Notes: generated by a model not told the origin, from the sequence alone. A stretch of 64,000 nucleotides of DNA from an uncultured delta proteobacterium (GCA_963737265.1 CAVTRY010000015.1:117935-181934), one strand, 5' to 3'; numbered from the stretch's first letter, positions 53,573 to 63,305 are shown. Numbers and translations: made by a program.

Positions 53573-54969
53573 GTCAGGTCGTCGATGCCAGGGTGATTCG
53601 GCGTGCGATCCTCGATTCGATACCGCCCGATTTGTTTGCCGCTGACAAACCAATTCTTCGCTTTGTCTATCTGCCCGACAGCCACGTTCGGGCACTCGAC
53701 CCGGACTGCATGCTGGTCATTGGGGCGAGAGGCTCGGGAAAGAGCTTCTGGTGGGGGGCGTTGCAAGATCGGGAAACGCTCGGGATCGTCGCGGATCGAT
53801 TTCCATCGCGCTCCCACGACAACCTCAATGTGCTCGGCGGATGGGGAAGGGGCAGCCAGCCGGACAAAGACAGTCTGGCGCCTCTCCTCTCCGTGAACCC
53901 ACGTATCATCTGGAAGACGATCGTGATCGATCGGATCGATCCGAACTTCTTTGATGCGGGAATGCTCTGGAAAGACCGCGTGACTCTCGTGCAGAACGAT
54001 CCAGAGAGGGTCGCGCGACGACTCACTGCCATCGACGAAAGCCTGTTGAACGCACGCACGCGCCAGCTCGTTCTTTTCGACGCCCTCGATACCGTCGCCG
54101 ATTCGTGGGTGGACAGGCAGAAGCTGCTCAAAGGACTCTTCGAGCTGCTTCTCGAGTTTCGCTACACTCGTTCCATTCGGCTTAAGGCCTTCGTGCGTAC
54201 GGACGCAATCGAAGATCCTGAGATCCGCACATTTCCTGATGCTTCGAAGCTGCTCCATGCCCGTGTCGAGCTGGCTTGGCCCAAGATCGATCTCTACGGT
54301 CTCTTCTGGCAGCACCTGGGAAATGCCAAGGAGGGAGGGGATGATGTGCGAAGGCTGCTCAAGGGCTGGCGAGGCGACCACAACAGGTGGGAGCTGCCGG
54401 AGAAGCTGCGCAAGGACGAGGAGATTCAAAGTCAACTCTTCATTAGGCTGGCCGGTGAGAAAATGGGCGGTGGCATCAAGCGAGGTAGGCCGTATTCCTG
54501 GATTCCGAACCATCTTGCCGATGCCAAGAGACGGACTACTCCGCGCAGCTTCCTGGCTGCGATGAGAACGGCTGCCCTGGAGACCGCAGCCGATCGTAGC
54601 CTACCTTTGGACTGGAAGGCGATCCAACTGGGCGTGGTGGCGGCCTCCGAAATACGGGTGACTGAGATTCAAGAGGAATTTGCCTGGATGGAAGTTGTCA
54701 TGGAGCCACTAAGAGGGTTGACAGTTCCATGTGAAGCGAAGGAAGTCCTGAATCGCTGGAAGCACGAAAACGTCCTCGAAACGATCGAGAAGAAAGCCGG
54801 AAACAAGCGACTCCCTCCTAGCTTCAGGGATGGCTATCCGGGGCTATTGCATGACCTGGAACAATTCGGGGTCTTGGAGGAACGCAGCGATCGTCGCATC
54901 AACGTTCCCGACCTGTACCGAGTGAAATTCGGGCTTCCTCGCAAGGGCGGCGTGCGACCGGCCCGGTGA
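53569..54969 (+). CDS. P-loop ATPase (Sll1717-like) with probable C-terminal winged helix
   Basis: Walker A GARGSGKS, Walker B LVLFDALD, KAFVRTD, TPRSFL, C-terminal NVPDLYR..FGL.RKGG. Confidence 0.8.
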   Translation: MSQVVDARVIRRAILDSIPPDLFAADKPILRFVYLPDSHVRALDPDCMLVIGARGSGKSFWWGALQDRETLGIVADRFPSRSHDNLNVLGGWGRGSQPDKDSLAPLLSVNPRIIWKTIVIDRIDPNFFDAGMLWKDRVTLVQNDPERVARRLTAIDESLLNARTRQLVLFDALDTVADSWVDRQKLLKGLFELLLEFRYTRSIRLKAFVRTDAIEDPEIRTFPDASKLLHARVELAWPKIDLYGLFWQHLGNAKEGGDDVRRLLKGWRGDHNRWELPEKLRKDEEIQSQLFIRLAGEKMGGGIKRGRPYSWIPNHLADAKRRTTPRSFLAAMRTAALETAADRSLPLDWKAIQLGVVAASEIRVTEIQEEFAWMEVVMEPLRGLTVPCEAKEVLNRWKHENVLETIEKKAGNKRLPPSFRDGYPGLLHDLEQFGVLEERSDRRINVPDLYRVKFGLPRKGGVRPAR

Positions 54970-54982
54970 CGGCCATCGTAGA

Positions 54983-55072
54983 ATCGCGGACGAGGCCGGC
55001 CGGATCTATCGAGGCATCACCAACAGCGACCACGGTATCGACGGCGAGATCGAATTCAAGGACGACCAGTGA
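54983..55072 (+). pseudogene. Short remnant resembling a DUF4365 (PD-(D/E)xK) nuclease domain
   Basis: Translates IADEAGRIYRGITNSDHGIDGEIEFKDDQ-stop, containing the D.GID.EIE motif. Confidence 0.5.
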
Positions 55073-55120
55073 CGCGAAAAGCCGTATGCGCAGACCTTTC
55101 GCACAAAAGCGTACGCAACA

Positions 55121-55315
55121 GCGATTGATAGACACGTCTTGAGCGAAGCCGACACCGTAGAGTCGCGTTCAGTTCGTCGCGTACAGCATGGGCAGGGTAG
55201 CTTCAGCCACCAAGCTTTCCAGTGGAACATCGTGAATCACCCAGGGCAGCGAGCCTTCGGGCAACGCCAGGGCGAGCTCGAGTCGCGGAACGAGGTAACG
55301 TGCGACCACGGGAGC
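55121..55315. repeat. Copy 2 of the 195-bp direct repeat
   Basis: Matches 42629-42823. Confidence 0.95.
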
Positions 55316-56221
55316 CGAGCTCGCGTAGCGGCCCGAGAATACGATGCCGTCGAGTCCTTCCAGCGCCGCGGCGGCGCTGCCGGCGGCAAGCAGCATGCGG
55401 TACAGAATGATCGAGCGTGCTCTTGCCAGGCGGCTCTTCCTGCTCTCGAGGACGGCGGCAAGACTGCACTTTCGTCCGACCAGGCCGTGGATGCCGCTCT
55501 TGCTGGTCAGAATCGCGTTGGCGCCTTCGGGTCCAAAGGCGGGATCGGCGGCGATGGCCAGCGCGATGGCCGGATCGATTTCGCCGGCGTTAGTTTCCCC
55601 CGGCAGGCCCTCGGCGGGCTTGTGGCCACTCGTGACCAAGAGGGGCTTTCTGCCATACACGGCCGCGATCTCTGGCCGCGATTCGAGGCAGACGGACAGA
55701 ATGCGCGCCGGACGATCGAGGCCGGTCTTGCGCATTCGGTGTCCGAGCTCGGAGGTCGCGGCGTCGTGGAACAGGCCATGGAAACCCCAGCGCCTGATCG
55801 ACTCGCTCATTTCGGGCGGTAGGGCGTAGGTCGTTTCCCGCACCGGCAGGTCGACGAAGAACGAAGTTTCGAAGGCGAGAGCGACGGGCGTTCCGGGAAA
55901 GGCTGCGCTGGCCGCGTTCATGCAGTCGACGGTTTGGCCGACGCACAGCGGGGCCTGCGCGCCGAGCCCGAGGAGGCGTTCGCGAGCCGCGGCATCCGCG
56001 ATGATGGGGGATGGAAACGCCTCGCCGCCGTAGAGCGCCCGGATGGCCACGAGGTCGACCTGGCTCGGCTGCCCAAGCGCGATGAGCGCCGCCTGCACGT
56101 CGCCAAGCTTGGCGGCAGTGCCGCTCGCGCTGATGTACTCGCCGCCAACGCTTTGGCCGTTGGACTCCATCCTGGCGAAACGAAGACCGCGTTGGTTGGG
56201 TAATAACACGAGAGTATTCAT
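55169..56221 (-). CDS. Degenerate acetate-kinase-like protein
   Basis: Colinear with AckA (RRWGFHG, GEIDP, SG..G, LEGLDGIVFSG) but most catalytic motifs are altered. Confidence 0.75.
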   Translation of the reverse strand: MNTLVLLPNQRGLRFARMESNGQSVGGEYISASGTAAKLGDVQAALIALGQPSQVDLVAIRALYGGEAFPSPIIADAAARERLLGLGAQAPLCVGQTVDCMNAASAAFPGTPVALAFETSFFVDLPVRETTYALPPEMSESIRRWGFHGLFHDAATSELGHRMRKTGLDRPARILSVCLESRPEIAAVYGRKPLLVTSGHKPAEGLPGETNAGEIDPAIALAIAADPAFGPEGANAILTSKSGIHGLVGRKCSLAAVLESRKSRLARARSIILYRMLLAAGSAAAALEGLDGIVFSGRYASSAPVVARYLVPRLELALALPEGSLPWVIHDVPLESLVAEATLPMLYATN

Positions 56222-57441
56222 GACGACTGCCTTTCGGCGACGGGATCGGTATTGGCAAGAAGGGTGTAGCTGGCGCGCGCAATGGCGACCTCTTCATTGG
56301 TGGCGATGGCCAAGATGCGGACCCGGCTGCCTTCGGCCGAGATGTCCGCGGGCAAGGTCTTGGCGGCGGCATTCTTGGTCGGATCGAGCCGCAGACCAAA
56401 GCACTCGAGGCCAGCGGTCACCGCCCAGCGTACATGAGGCATCTTTTCGCCAATCGTGTCGGTGAAGATCACACAATGGGCGCGGCCGACCAGCGCCAAA
56501 TAGGCGCCAAGGTACTTGCGAATTCTCCACAAATAGACTTGCGCGGCCAGCGCGAGGCCCTCGCCGCCTTCGCCCATGGAGCCCGCCACGACATCGCGGA
56601 TGTCGGCCGACACGCCCGTCAGTCCAAGCAGACCGCTCTTGCGATTGAGCATGCTCTCGACCTTGTGGCTGTCGCCCGCCGCGCGCGCGACTAGCCCCAA
56701 CGCCACGGCCGGATCGAGGTCGCCCGAACGCGTGCTCATCACCAGCCCTTGCAAGGGCGAATACCCCATGGTGTTGTCGATCGAACGGCCATTGACGATG
56801 GCGCACAGGCTGGCGCCGCCGCTGCCGAGGTGGCAGCTCACGGCGTTGAGTTTGGCCAGTGGGAGATCGAGAAAGCGCGCGGCCTCCTCGGCGACGTAGC
56901 CATGGCTTGTGCCGTGAAAGCCGTATTTGCGGAAGCCGTGCTTGCGCGCAAGCGCGGTGGGCAGGGCGTAGGTGCGCGCGGCCGTGGGCAGGGTGGCGTG
57001 AAAGGCGGTGTCGAACACAACCGTCTCCGGCAGCCTCGGATAGAGCTGCCGGCAGGCAGCCAAAAGCTTTACTGCCGGCGGATTGTGGATGGGTGCCAGA
57101 TCCTGCACGCCTTCGAGGTCGTGAAATGCGCGGTCGTCCACAACGACATGGTTTTTGAAAACCGTACCCCCGTGAACCATGCGATGTCCGATGGCATCCG
57201 GAACGAGATTCGGATCGCGTTCGAGCAACTTCATAACCGCGGCGAATGCGGCCGCGTGGTCCGGCATGTCGAGGGTGTGCGTTTCCTCGATGCCGGCCGC
57301 GTGATGGTGGATGCGCGCCGGCAGGGCGGTCTTGGGCCCCACGCGTTCGGCCTCCCCGGCGGCGAGCTCGATCTCGCCGGGCATTTCGAGCAGGCGGTAT
57401 TTGAGCGACGAGCTTCCGCAATTGAACACAATGATGCGCAT
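56218..57441 (-). CDS. ackA: Acetate/propionate kinase
   Basis: NCGSSSLKY, GHRMVHGG, APIHNP, FDTAFH, YGFHGTSH, HLG, TRSGDLDP, TNEE. Confidence 0.93.
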   Translation of the reverse strand: MRIIVFNCGSSSLKYRLLEMPGEIELAAGEAERVGPKTALPARIHHHAAGIEETHTLDMPDHAAAFAAVMKLLERDPNLVPDAIGHRMVHGGTVFKNHVVVDDRAFHDLEGVQDLAPIHNPPAVKLLAACRQLYPRLPETVVFDTAFHATLPTAARTYALPTALARKHGFRKYGFHGTSHGYVAEEAARFLDLPLAKLNAVSCHLGSGGASLCAIVNGRSIDNTMGYSPLQGLVMSTRSGDLDPAVALGLVARAAGDSHKVESMLNRKSGLLGLTGVSADIRDVVAGSMGEGGEGLALAAQVYLWRIRKYLGAYLALVGRAHCVIFTDTIGEKMPHVRWAVTAGLECFGLRLDPTKNAAAKTLPADISAEGSRVRILAIATNEEVAIARASYTLLANTDPVAERQSS

Positions 57442-57468
57442 AACGACCTCGCGAAGGGTGCTTCGGTA

Positions 57469-58686
57469 CTAGATGCTGTCGGGAATCCAGCCAAACACGG
57501 GAATGCCGACCAGACCGTGGGCCATTGCCGCCGTGCCGTAGGTGCAGGTCACGAGCTTGGAAATGGCAACGGATTCGCCTTCGCGATGGGCCTGCTCTTC
57601 GTGGCCGGGGCCGTAGCCGACGGTGGGGATGTTGTAGTCGTTCACCAGCAGGCTGCCTGCGGTGCCCATTCCGAGGCGCGCCAACTTCCAGCGGCCCGGC
57701 TTGGCATCGCAGCCGGCGGCGGTAAGGGCTTGTCGTGCGCGCGCAAGCAGTGGGCTGAAGGGATCGGTGGTCCACGCGTGCGAAACCTTCTTGGCCTTGA
57801 TCACGAGACCGCTGGCGATGGTTTCGCTGCGCTCGCGAACCGCGACTTCGACCTCCATAGTTCCGGCCATCTTGGCCACGCGCACGGCCTCGCCGCGCAT
57901 GCGGCTGATCAGGTTGTCGACGCTGTCGCCGGTGCCGAGACGGCGTTGCAGGCTAATCACCGCCTGGCGATAACCGGGCCCATCTTCGTACTGCGTGCTT
58001 CCGAGCGCGATGTCCTCGACGCTGGTGTCGGCGCCCGGCTCGCCGAGCGCGCGCGCCACCAATTCGGCCGCGTCGGAGACGCGGAATGGGTTCGCGCCCC
58101 GCAACGTGACTTCCATCTCGGCGCGGCCGTCGTGACCGTAGTAAAGACCGAGATCGGTGGGTTCGCCGAGAATGGCGTAGCTGGGACGCAGACCCATTTC
58201 CTTGAGGGTGTAGTCGAGCAGGCCGCGCATTCCGATCGAGATGCCGTTTTCCTCGGCGACCGTCGCCGCCACCACCAGGGTTCCGCGCAACGGCAGAAGG
58301 CTGCGCTTGAGCAAGCCGGCCGCAAAAACCTGGGCGGCGAGTCCGCCCTTGCAGTCGGCGGCGCCGAGTCCGTGCAAGCGTCCGCCTTCGATGCGCCCGC
58401 TCCAGGGTGAATCGTCCCAGGTGCCGAGGTCGCCAGTGCCGACGGTGTCCATGTGACTTGACAGGAGCAGTGTCGGGCCTTCCTCGATTCCATGCATGAT
58501 GCCCACGACGTTGCCGAAATCGTCGGCGGTGGCTTGGTCGAAACCGAGGAGGCGCATCTGATCGAGGACGACGGCGCCCGCCTTGGCCTCATCATGGGTT
58601 GGGCTTTTCGTGCGCAGCAACTCCTGGGTGAAAGCAACGAGTTCGGTTTGAAGTCCTTCGAGTTTTGTCTTGAGCAGATCGTACAT
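57469..58686 (-). CDS. M20-family metallohydrolase (YgeY/ArgE-like)
   Basis: SHMDTVG, GLGAADCKGG, TVAEE, LGEPT, GYGPGHEEQAH; start at MYDLLK. Confidence 0.88.
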   Translation of the reverse strand: MYDLLKTKLEGLQTELVAFTQELLRTKSPTHDEAKAGAVVLDQMRLLGFDQATADDFGNVVGIMHGIEEGPTLLLSSHMDTVGTGDLGTWDDSPWSGRIEGGRLHGLGAADCKGGLAAQVFAAGLLKRSLLPLRGTLVVAATVAEENGISIGMRGLLDYTLKEMGLRPSYAILGEPTDLGLYYGHDGRAEMEVTLRGANPFRVSDAAELVARALGEPGADTSVEDIALGSTQYEDGPGYRQAVISLQRRLGTGDSVDNLISRMRGEAVRVAKMAGTMEVEVAVRERSETIASGLVIKAKKVSHAWTTDPFSPLLARARQALTAAGCDAKPGRWKLARLGMGTAGSLLVNDYNIPTVGYGPGHEEQAHREGESVAISKLVTCTYGTAAMAHGLVGIPVFGWIPDSI

Positions 58687-58734
58687 TGGGATTCCCTTCC
58701 ATTGCCCGGGCACTTGCCGGTTGCCCCTAACCTC

Positions 58735-58751
58735 AGCAAGCGGCGTGCCGG
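58735..58751 (-). promoter_or_regulatory. Sigma54 (-24/-12) promoter of the M20-ackA operon
   Basis: CCGGCACGCCGCTTGCT on the minus strand has exact GG-N10-GC spacing, about 50 bp upstream of the ATG. Confidence 0.85.
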
Positions 58752-58836
58752 GATTTCCGCCAGACGTGTTTGCTCGGGATCTCGGCGAAAAGGGCCGGCT
58801 GGGCGCAGTTGGCGCGGCGCGAGCGTTCACGCCGGC

Positions 58837-58871
58837 GTTGCACAATGAAATAGTGTGTTTCATAGTGAAAC
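58837..58871. promoter_or_regulatory. Tandem palindromic upstream activator sites
   Basis: GTTGCA-CAA-TGAAAT and GTTTCA-TAG-TGAAAC, 20 bp apart, about 90-120 bp upstream of the -24 element. Confidence 0.7.
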
Positions 58872-58875
58872 TGCC

Positions 58876-60494
58876 ATGCGCGCCGCCGATCTTCGCCTCG
58901 ACGAGCTCCTTACCTTTCGCGAGGGCTCCATCGATTTTCAAGGCCGCCGGCTCGTCCTGCACAGCACGGACGCGTTCGCGAGCCTGCGCAAAGATCTCTT
59001 TGAAATGGTGGGAGCGCGCCAAGCGCGTCGCATTCTTACGCGATACGCGTACTTCTGGGGACAGGCCGACGCGGCTGCCATGCGCCGAGTGTTCAAGTGG
59101 GACACTCTTCTCGATCTGGTGAAGGCCGGGCCACGCCTGCACGCCTTGCAGGGTGTGGCTCGTTGGGTAACCAAGCGTCTGGATCTCGACGAAAAGACCG
59201 GCCATTTCTTCATGGATGTGACTTGGCACGGTTCGGGCGAGGCGGACGAACATCTCGCCCATCTCGGCAAGGGCGATCACCCGGTGTGCTGGATGCTCGC
59301 CGGCTACGCGAGCGGGTTCATGTCCTACGTGCTCGACAATAATATCTACTTCATCGAGCAGAGTTGTAGAGCCCAGGGCGGACGGGTGTGCACCGCCATC
59401 GGGAAAGACGTCGATTCGTGGAGGGGCGAGCTTGCCCCGCACCAGGCGTACTTTTCCGCCGACGACATCAAGGGGAAGATTCGCAATCTCAGCGAAGCGC
59501 TGCGCCGTGTCTCGCGCGAGCTGGCGGCCAACGAGCGCCAGTTGTCCACGCTCACCAAGCCGCCTCTGGTCGAGGTGCGCAGCCCGTCGTTCACGCGGGT
59601 GATCGATCTGGCAACGCGCATCGCCCCCTTCGATTCTTCCGTGCTCATCACCGGCGAAAGCGGCGTCGGCAAGGAGGTCGTCGCGCGCCTTGTGCACGCG
59701 CGTTCGTTGCGGACCAAGGGACCGTTCCTGGCCATCAATTGTGGCGCGCTTCCCGAGACGCTGCTCGACTCGGAGCTGTTCGGGCACAAGGCCGGTGCGT
59801 TCACCGGCGCCATCGCGGATCGCGCCGGCCTGTTCGAAGCGGCCGCGGGCGGAACCATCTTTCTCGACGAGATCGGCGATATTTCCCAGGCCATGCAGGT
59901 CAAACTGCTGCGCGTGTTGCAAGAACGAGAAATCCGTCGCGTGGGGGGAAGCCGGACGCGCGCCATCGACGTGCGCGTACTGGCCGCCACCAACCGCGAT
60001 TTGGTCGCGGACATGCGTTCAGGGCGCTTCCGCGAAGAGTCTACTATCGCTTGCGCGTGGTCGAGATTGTCGTTCCGCCCTTGCGCGAAAGGCCCGAGGA
60101 CATTCTGCCCTTGGCCCGGTTCTTCACCGAGCGCCTGCGGACCAAGCTCAAGATTCCGAATCTGCGGTTGGACGCGCCCTGTATCGACTTCCTATGCGCC
60201 TACTCTTGGCCGGGCAATGTGCGCGAGCTGGAGAACGCGATTGAGCGCGCTGCGATCTTGTCGCGCGATGGAAACATGACGCCAGACCTGCTGCCGTCCG
60301 GGGTCGTGCATGGCCAAGAACCGGCAACGGCAAAGCCCGCCAGCAAGAACCGCACCCTGGCCGAGCTGGAAACCCAGCAGGTGGAGGCCGTGCTGCGCCA
60401 GACCAACGGGAACCGCAAACGTGCCGCTGCGATTTTGGGCATCAGCACCGCGACCCTGTGGCGGAAGCTGAAGCGACGGGCCGCACTAGACTAG
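58876..60494 (+). CDS. Sigma54-dependent activator with XylR-N/V4R sensor; apparent frameshift near 60040
   Basis: [22 protein letters not shown]...[21 protein letters not shown]; second frame YYRL...WPGNVREL and Fis-type HTH. Confidence 0.92.
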
Positions 60495-60576
60495 TCTAGT
60501 CGTGCGAGGCGTGATGTACCTGCGCTCGCTTCATTAGACCAGACCTACTGATCGCTGCTCGCGTCGCGGTCAGAAA

Positions 60577-61715
60577 TCAGATGGCGATAGCTTCCCCGCG
60601 CGCAGCGCGGAGTGTGCGTTTGGTCTGGCGGCCCGGCGCGGCCGGTGGGCCGCGGCCTCGTTGCGCGTGGCTTGCTCGGCAGAAGGGGGCGCGACCGTGC
60701 GCAGCGGCGGGTAGGCGGCTACTGTGGGCGCACTTGCTGGTGCGCATTTCGCCGCCCGGCGACGGCGTAGGCTGACAGTTAGCCCTGCTTGTTTTTCGCT
60801 CGGACCACGACTTCACTGATGCTAGCGGCAACGAGTCCGGTCGGCGGGGCCAGGCTGTTGGGCTTGGAAGGGCGTGACCTGCGGGACCTGCGATGGAAAC
60901 CCGAAGGAATTGACAATCGCTCCTTGCCCGGGCTGCTGGAGAGTGGATGAGGTGGAAAACGCGAGCCACGCCAGCGCCACCAGGAAAGCGGCGAGTGCGC
61001 GCCGGGTGCCGCCCTTCGGTTGAGGAGCCGCACTCGACGGCTGGTTTCCCTCCTGGGGCGCCGCCAGGTCGCCCGGACGCCATGCGTGGCGTCGCCCGCG
61101 GTCGAGAGAGCGCCACGGTCTGACTGCTGTGGAACCGCGCCAACGGTCCCTGTCCTTTCGCCGCCTTCCCCCTCGCATTGCGGCACTTCGAGTGGCCTCG
61201 AGAAAACTGGAGACTGAAATACCCAAAAATCGGACTCAGTTTACGTGCCACCGACGACAGCGAACGTCAAAATCATCGACGGCACGGATCGAGTCGTCCA
61301 CGTCGGAAGACGGTGAGCTCTTGGCCGACGCGGGATCGAGATGATGCTGCACTTCCTCAGACGGCGGGGTCTGACCAATGCATCATCACCCTGAGCAGGA
61401 ATCAGGTCAGGATGCAGCCGGACGGTCCGGCCCTGGCTCGCCCAGAAAGAGCAGCATGCAGTCAAATGTTTTCAAAGAGAAGAAGCACCGATCCCGTCGA
61501 CATCCATGCACCCGTCGACGATGGGGGAGCATTCGATGGCTTCAGGCGCCATATAGGCCGGTGTGCCGAACTTGGCCACCAGATTCGTTTCGGCCGATCG
61601 TTCGCCGACCGGTTCCATGATGACCGAAATGCCAAAATCGAGAACCTTGGTGGTGAGCAGGCGCCCATCGGCCTCGCTGCAAAGGAAAATATTCCCCGGG
61701 CTTCGCGATCGCGGT
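60577..61715 (-). pseudogene. Decayed Hanks-type Ser/Thr protein kinase, 5'-truncated
   Basis: Minus strand reads RD..KPG-NIFL...KVLDFGIS...FGTPAYMAPE with multiple frameshifts and a downstream TM-like stretch. Confidence 0.75.
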
Positions 61716-61722
61716 CAGCGAG

Positions 61723-62739
61723 GTGCTGCAGCTGCGGCTGGACTGCACCGGCCGCTACGGCGGGCTGGCCATGCTCTGGCACGACCAGACCAAGGTCGGC
61801 CGCTATGACCAGGCGATCCGCATCCCCGAGTGGCTGTTCTCCCGGCTCGCCGCGCGCCGGGAGACAACCGTGTCCCGGTTCATCGCCCGGCGCGGCCGCG
61901 CACCCACGGCCGCCGAGCGGGCGGCGATGGCGCTGTTCCCCGGCCGCTACCGCAACCCGGACGGGACCGCCGCGGTCACCTACCAGTGGTTCCACCGCCG
62001 GTTCAAGACCTGGGTCGACGAGCTCGACATCGGCCGCTGGGTCCCCCACCAGGCCAGGCACACGCTGGCCACCAGCCTGCTGCGCCACGGCGCGACCCTC
62101 ACCCACATCCGCCGCTACCTCGGGCACGTCTCCGACCGGATGGCCGAGCACTACATCCAGCTCAGCCACTCCGACCTGGAGGATGTCCTGCAGCACGTGT
62201 GGGTCGCCGGGCCCGGCACACCCAGCCCCGGCACGCTGCTGTCCGGGCCCGCCACGCCGATCACCCGCGAGCAGGCCCAGGCACTCGCGATCGACCTGTC
62301 CCGGCGCAGCACCCCGGCCGAGGGCGGGTTCTGCACCTTCCAGCCCGTCGTCGACGGCGGCGCCTGCCCGTGGAACCTGGACTGCCACAACTGCGCCAAC
62401 TTCGTGCTCTCAGGCGCCGACCTGCTCTACTGGCGGCGCAAACGCGAGCAGTGGTACTCCATCGCCGAACGCGCCCCCGACGACGCCACCGCCAGCTGGC
62501 TGCACGAAGTCTTCGCCCCGACCGCGGCCGCCATCGACGGGCTGGAAGCCGCCCTGGCCGGCCTCGGCCTCCTCGACGACGCGCTCTCCCTGGACCTGCG
62601 CCGGCCCCAGGACTACTTCCAGCGGGTCTGGAACATCGGCTTCCGCGCCACCCAGCTCGCCGGCGCCGCCGCAGACGCGGACCCCGTCCCCGATGACCAG
62701 CCGGACACGGACGGCGACGAGCTGGAGGAAACAGCATGA
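61723..62739 (+). CDS. Tyrosine recombinase, C-terminal part (Tn554 TnpB-like), 5'-truncated
   Basis: HQARHT, YLGHVS..M..HY catalytic residues plus C-terminal GGFC...CP...C..C. Confidence 0.85.
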   Translation: MLQLRLDCTGRYGGLAMLWHDQTKVGRYDQAIRIPEWLFSRLAARRETTVSRFIARRGRAPTAAERAAMALFPGRYRNPDGTAAVTYQWFHRRFKTWVDELDIGRWVPHQARHTLATSLLRHGATLTHIRRYLGHVSDRMAEHYIQLSHSDLEDVLQHVWVAGPGTPSPGTLLSGPATPITREQAQALAIDLSRRSTPAEGGFCTFQPVVDGGACPWNLDCHNCANFVLSGADLLYWRRKREQWYSIAERAPDDATASWLHEVFAPTAAAIDGLEAALAGLGLLDDALSLDLRRPQDYFQRVWNIGFRATQLAGAAADADPVPDDQPDTDGDELEETA

Positions 62740-63305
62740 CCCCGGACCGCACAGCCGCGGCGATCGAGGCCCGCCGCCGCGCCGCCGAGCAGAAACTGCA
62801 GCAGGTCCGCAACGCCGTCGCCAGCCTGCGGCGCCACAAGACGCCAGTCACCTACCCGGCCGTGGCCCGCCAGGCCGGGGTGTCCCGCACGTTCCTCTAC
62901 GCCAACCCCGACGCCCGTGCCCTGGTCAGCGAAGCCGTCAGCAAAGGCGACGCCCGGAAGGCACCGGCCCCGGGCGGTGGCGGTGACCAGGAGCCCTCCT
63001 GGCGGGAACGTGCCCTCAACGCCGAGGCGGCGCTGAAGACAGCCGAGGCCGAGATCGCCGCCCAGCGGCGCCGCATGGCCATCCTCCTGGGGCAGATCCG
63101 CGACCTGGAACACGACCTGTCACCAGAAGCCGCACAGCGGCTGGTCACCGAGAACACCACGCTCAAGCAGCGCGTCCGCCAGCTCACCCACGACAACAGG
63201 ACCCTGGAAGACCGGCTGGAAGCCGCCCGCTCCAACAACCGGTTCGCCGACCGGCGCATCGCCCAGCTCGAAGCCCAGCTCACCGAGCGCGCACCAGCCC
63301 GCTGA
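62736..63305 (+). CDS. TnpC-like / DUF6262 HTH-coiled-coil protein
   Basis: VARQAGVSRTFLY followed by a long coiled coil; ATGA-coupled to the integrase. Confidence 0.8.
   Translation: MTPDRTAAAIEARRRAAEQKLQQVRNAVASLRRHKTPVTYPAVARQAGVSRTFLYANPDARALVSEAVSKGDARKAPAPGGGGDQEPSWRERALNAEAALKTAEAEIAAQRRRMAILLGQIRDLEHDLSPEAAQRLVTENTTLKQRVRQLTHDNRTLEDRLEAARSNNRFADRRIAQLEAQLTERAPAR

Noticed and set aside
42886-55139. A single 12.2-kb transposon bounded by AGACGTGTC IRs carrying the HEPN operon
   Set aside because: Flanking triplets differ (TCA versus TGA), so insertion as one unit is unsupported; kept only as separate ends.
57469-59922. 817-aa ORF as a fusion protein
   Set aside because: The N-terminal half is the antisense shadow of the sigma54 activator; the real start is 58686, behind a sigma54 promoter.
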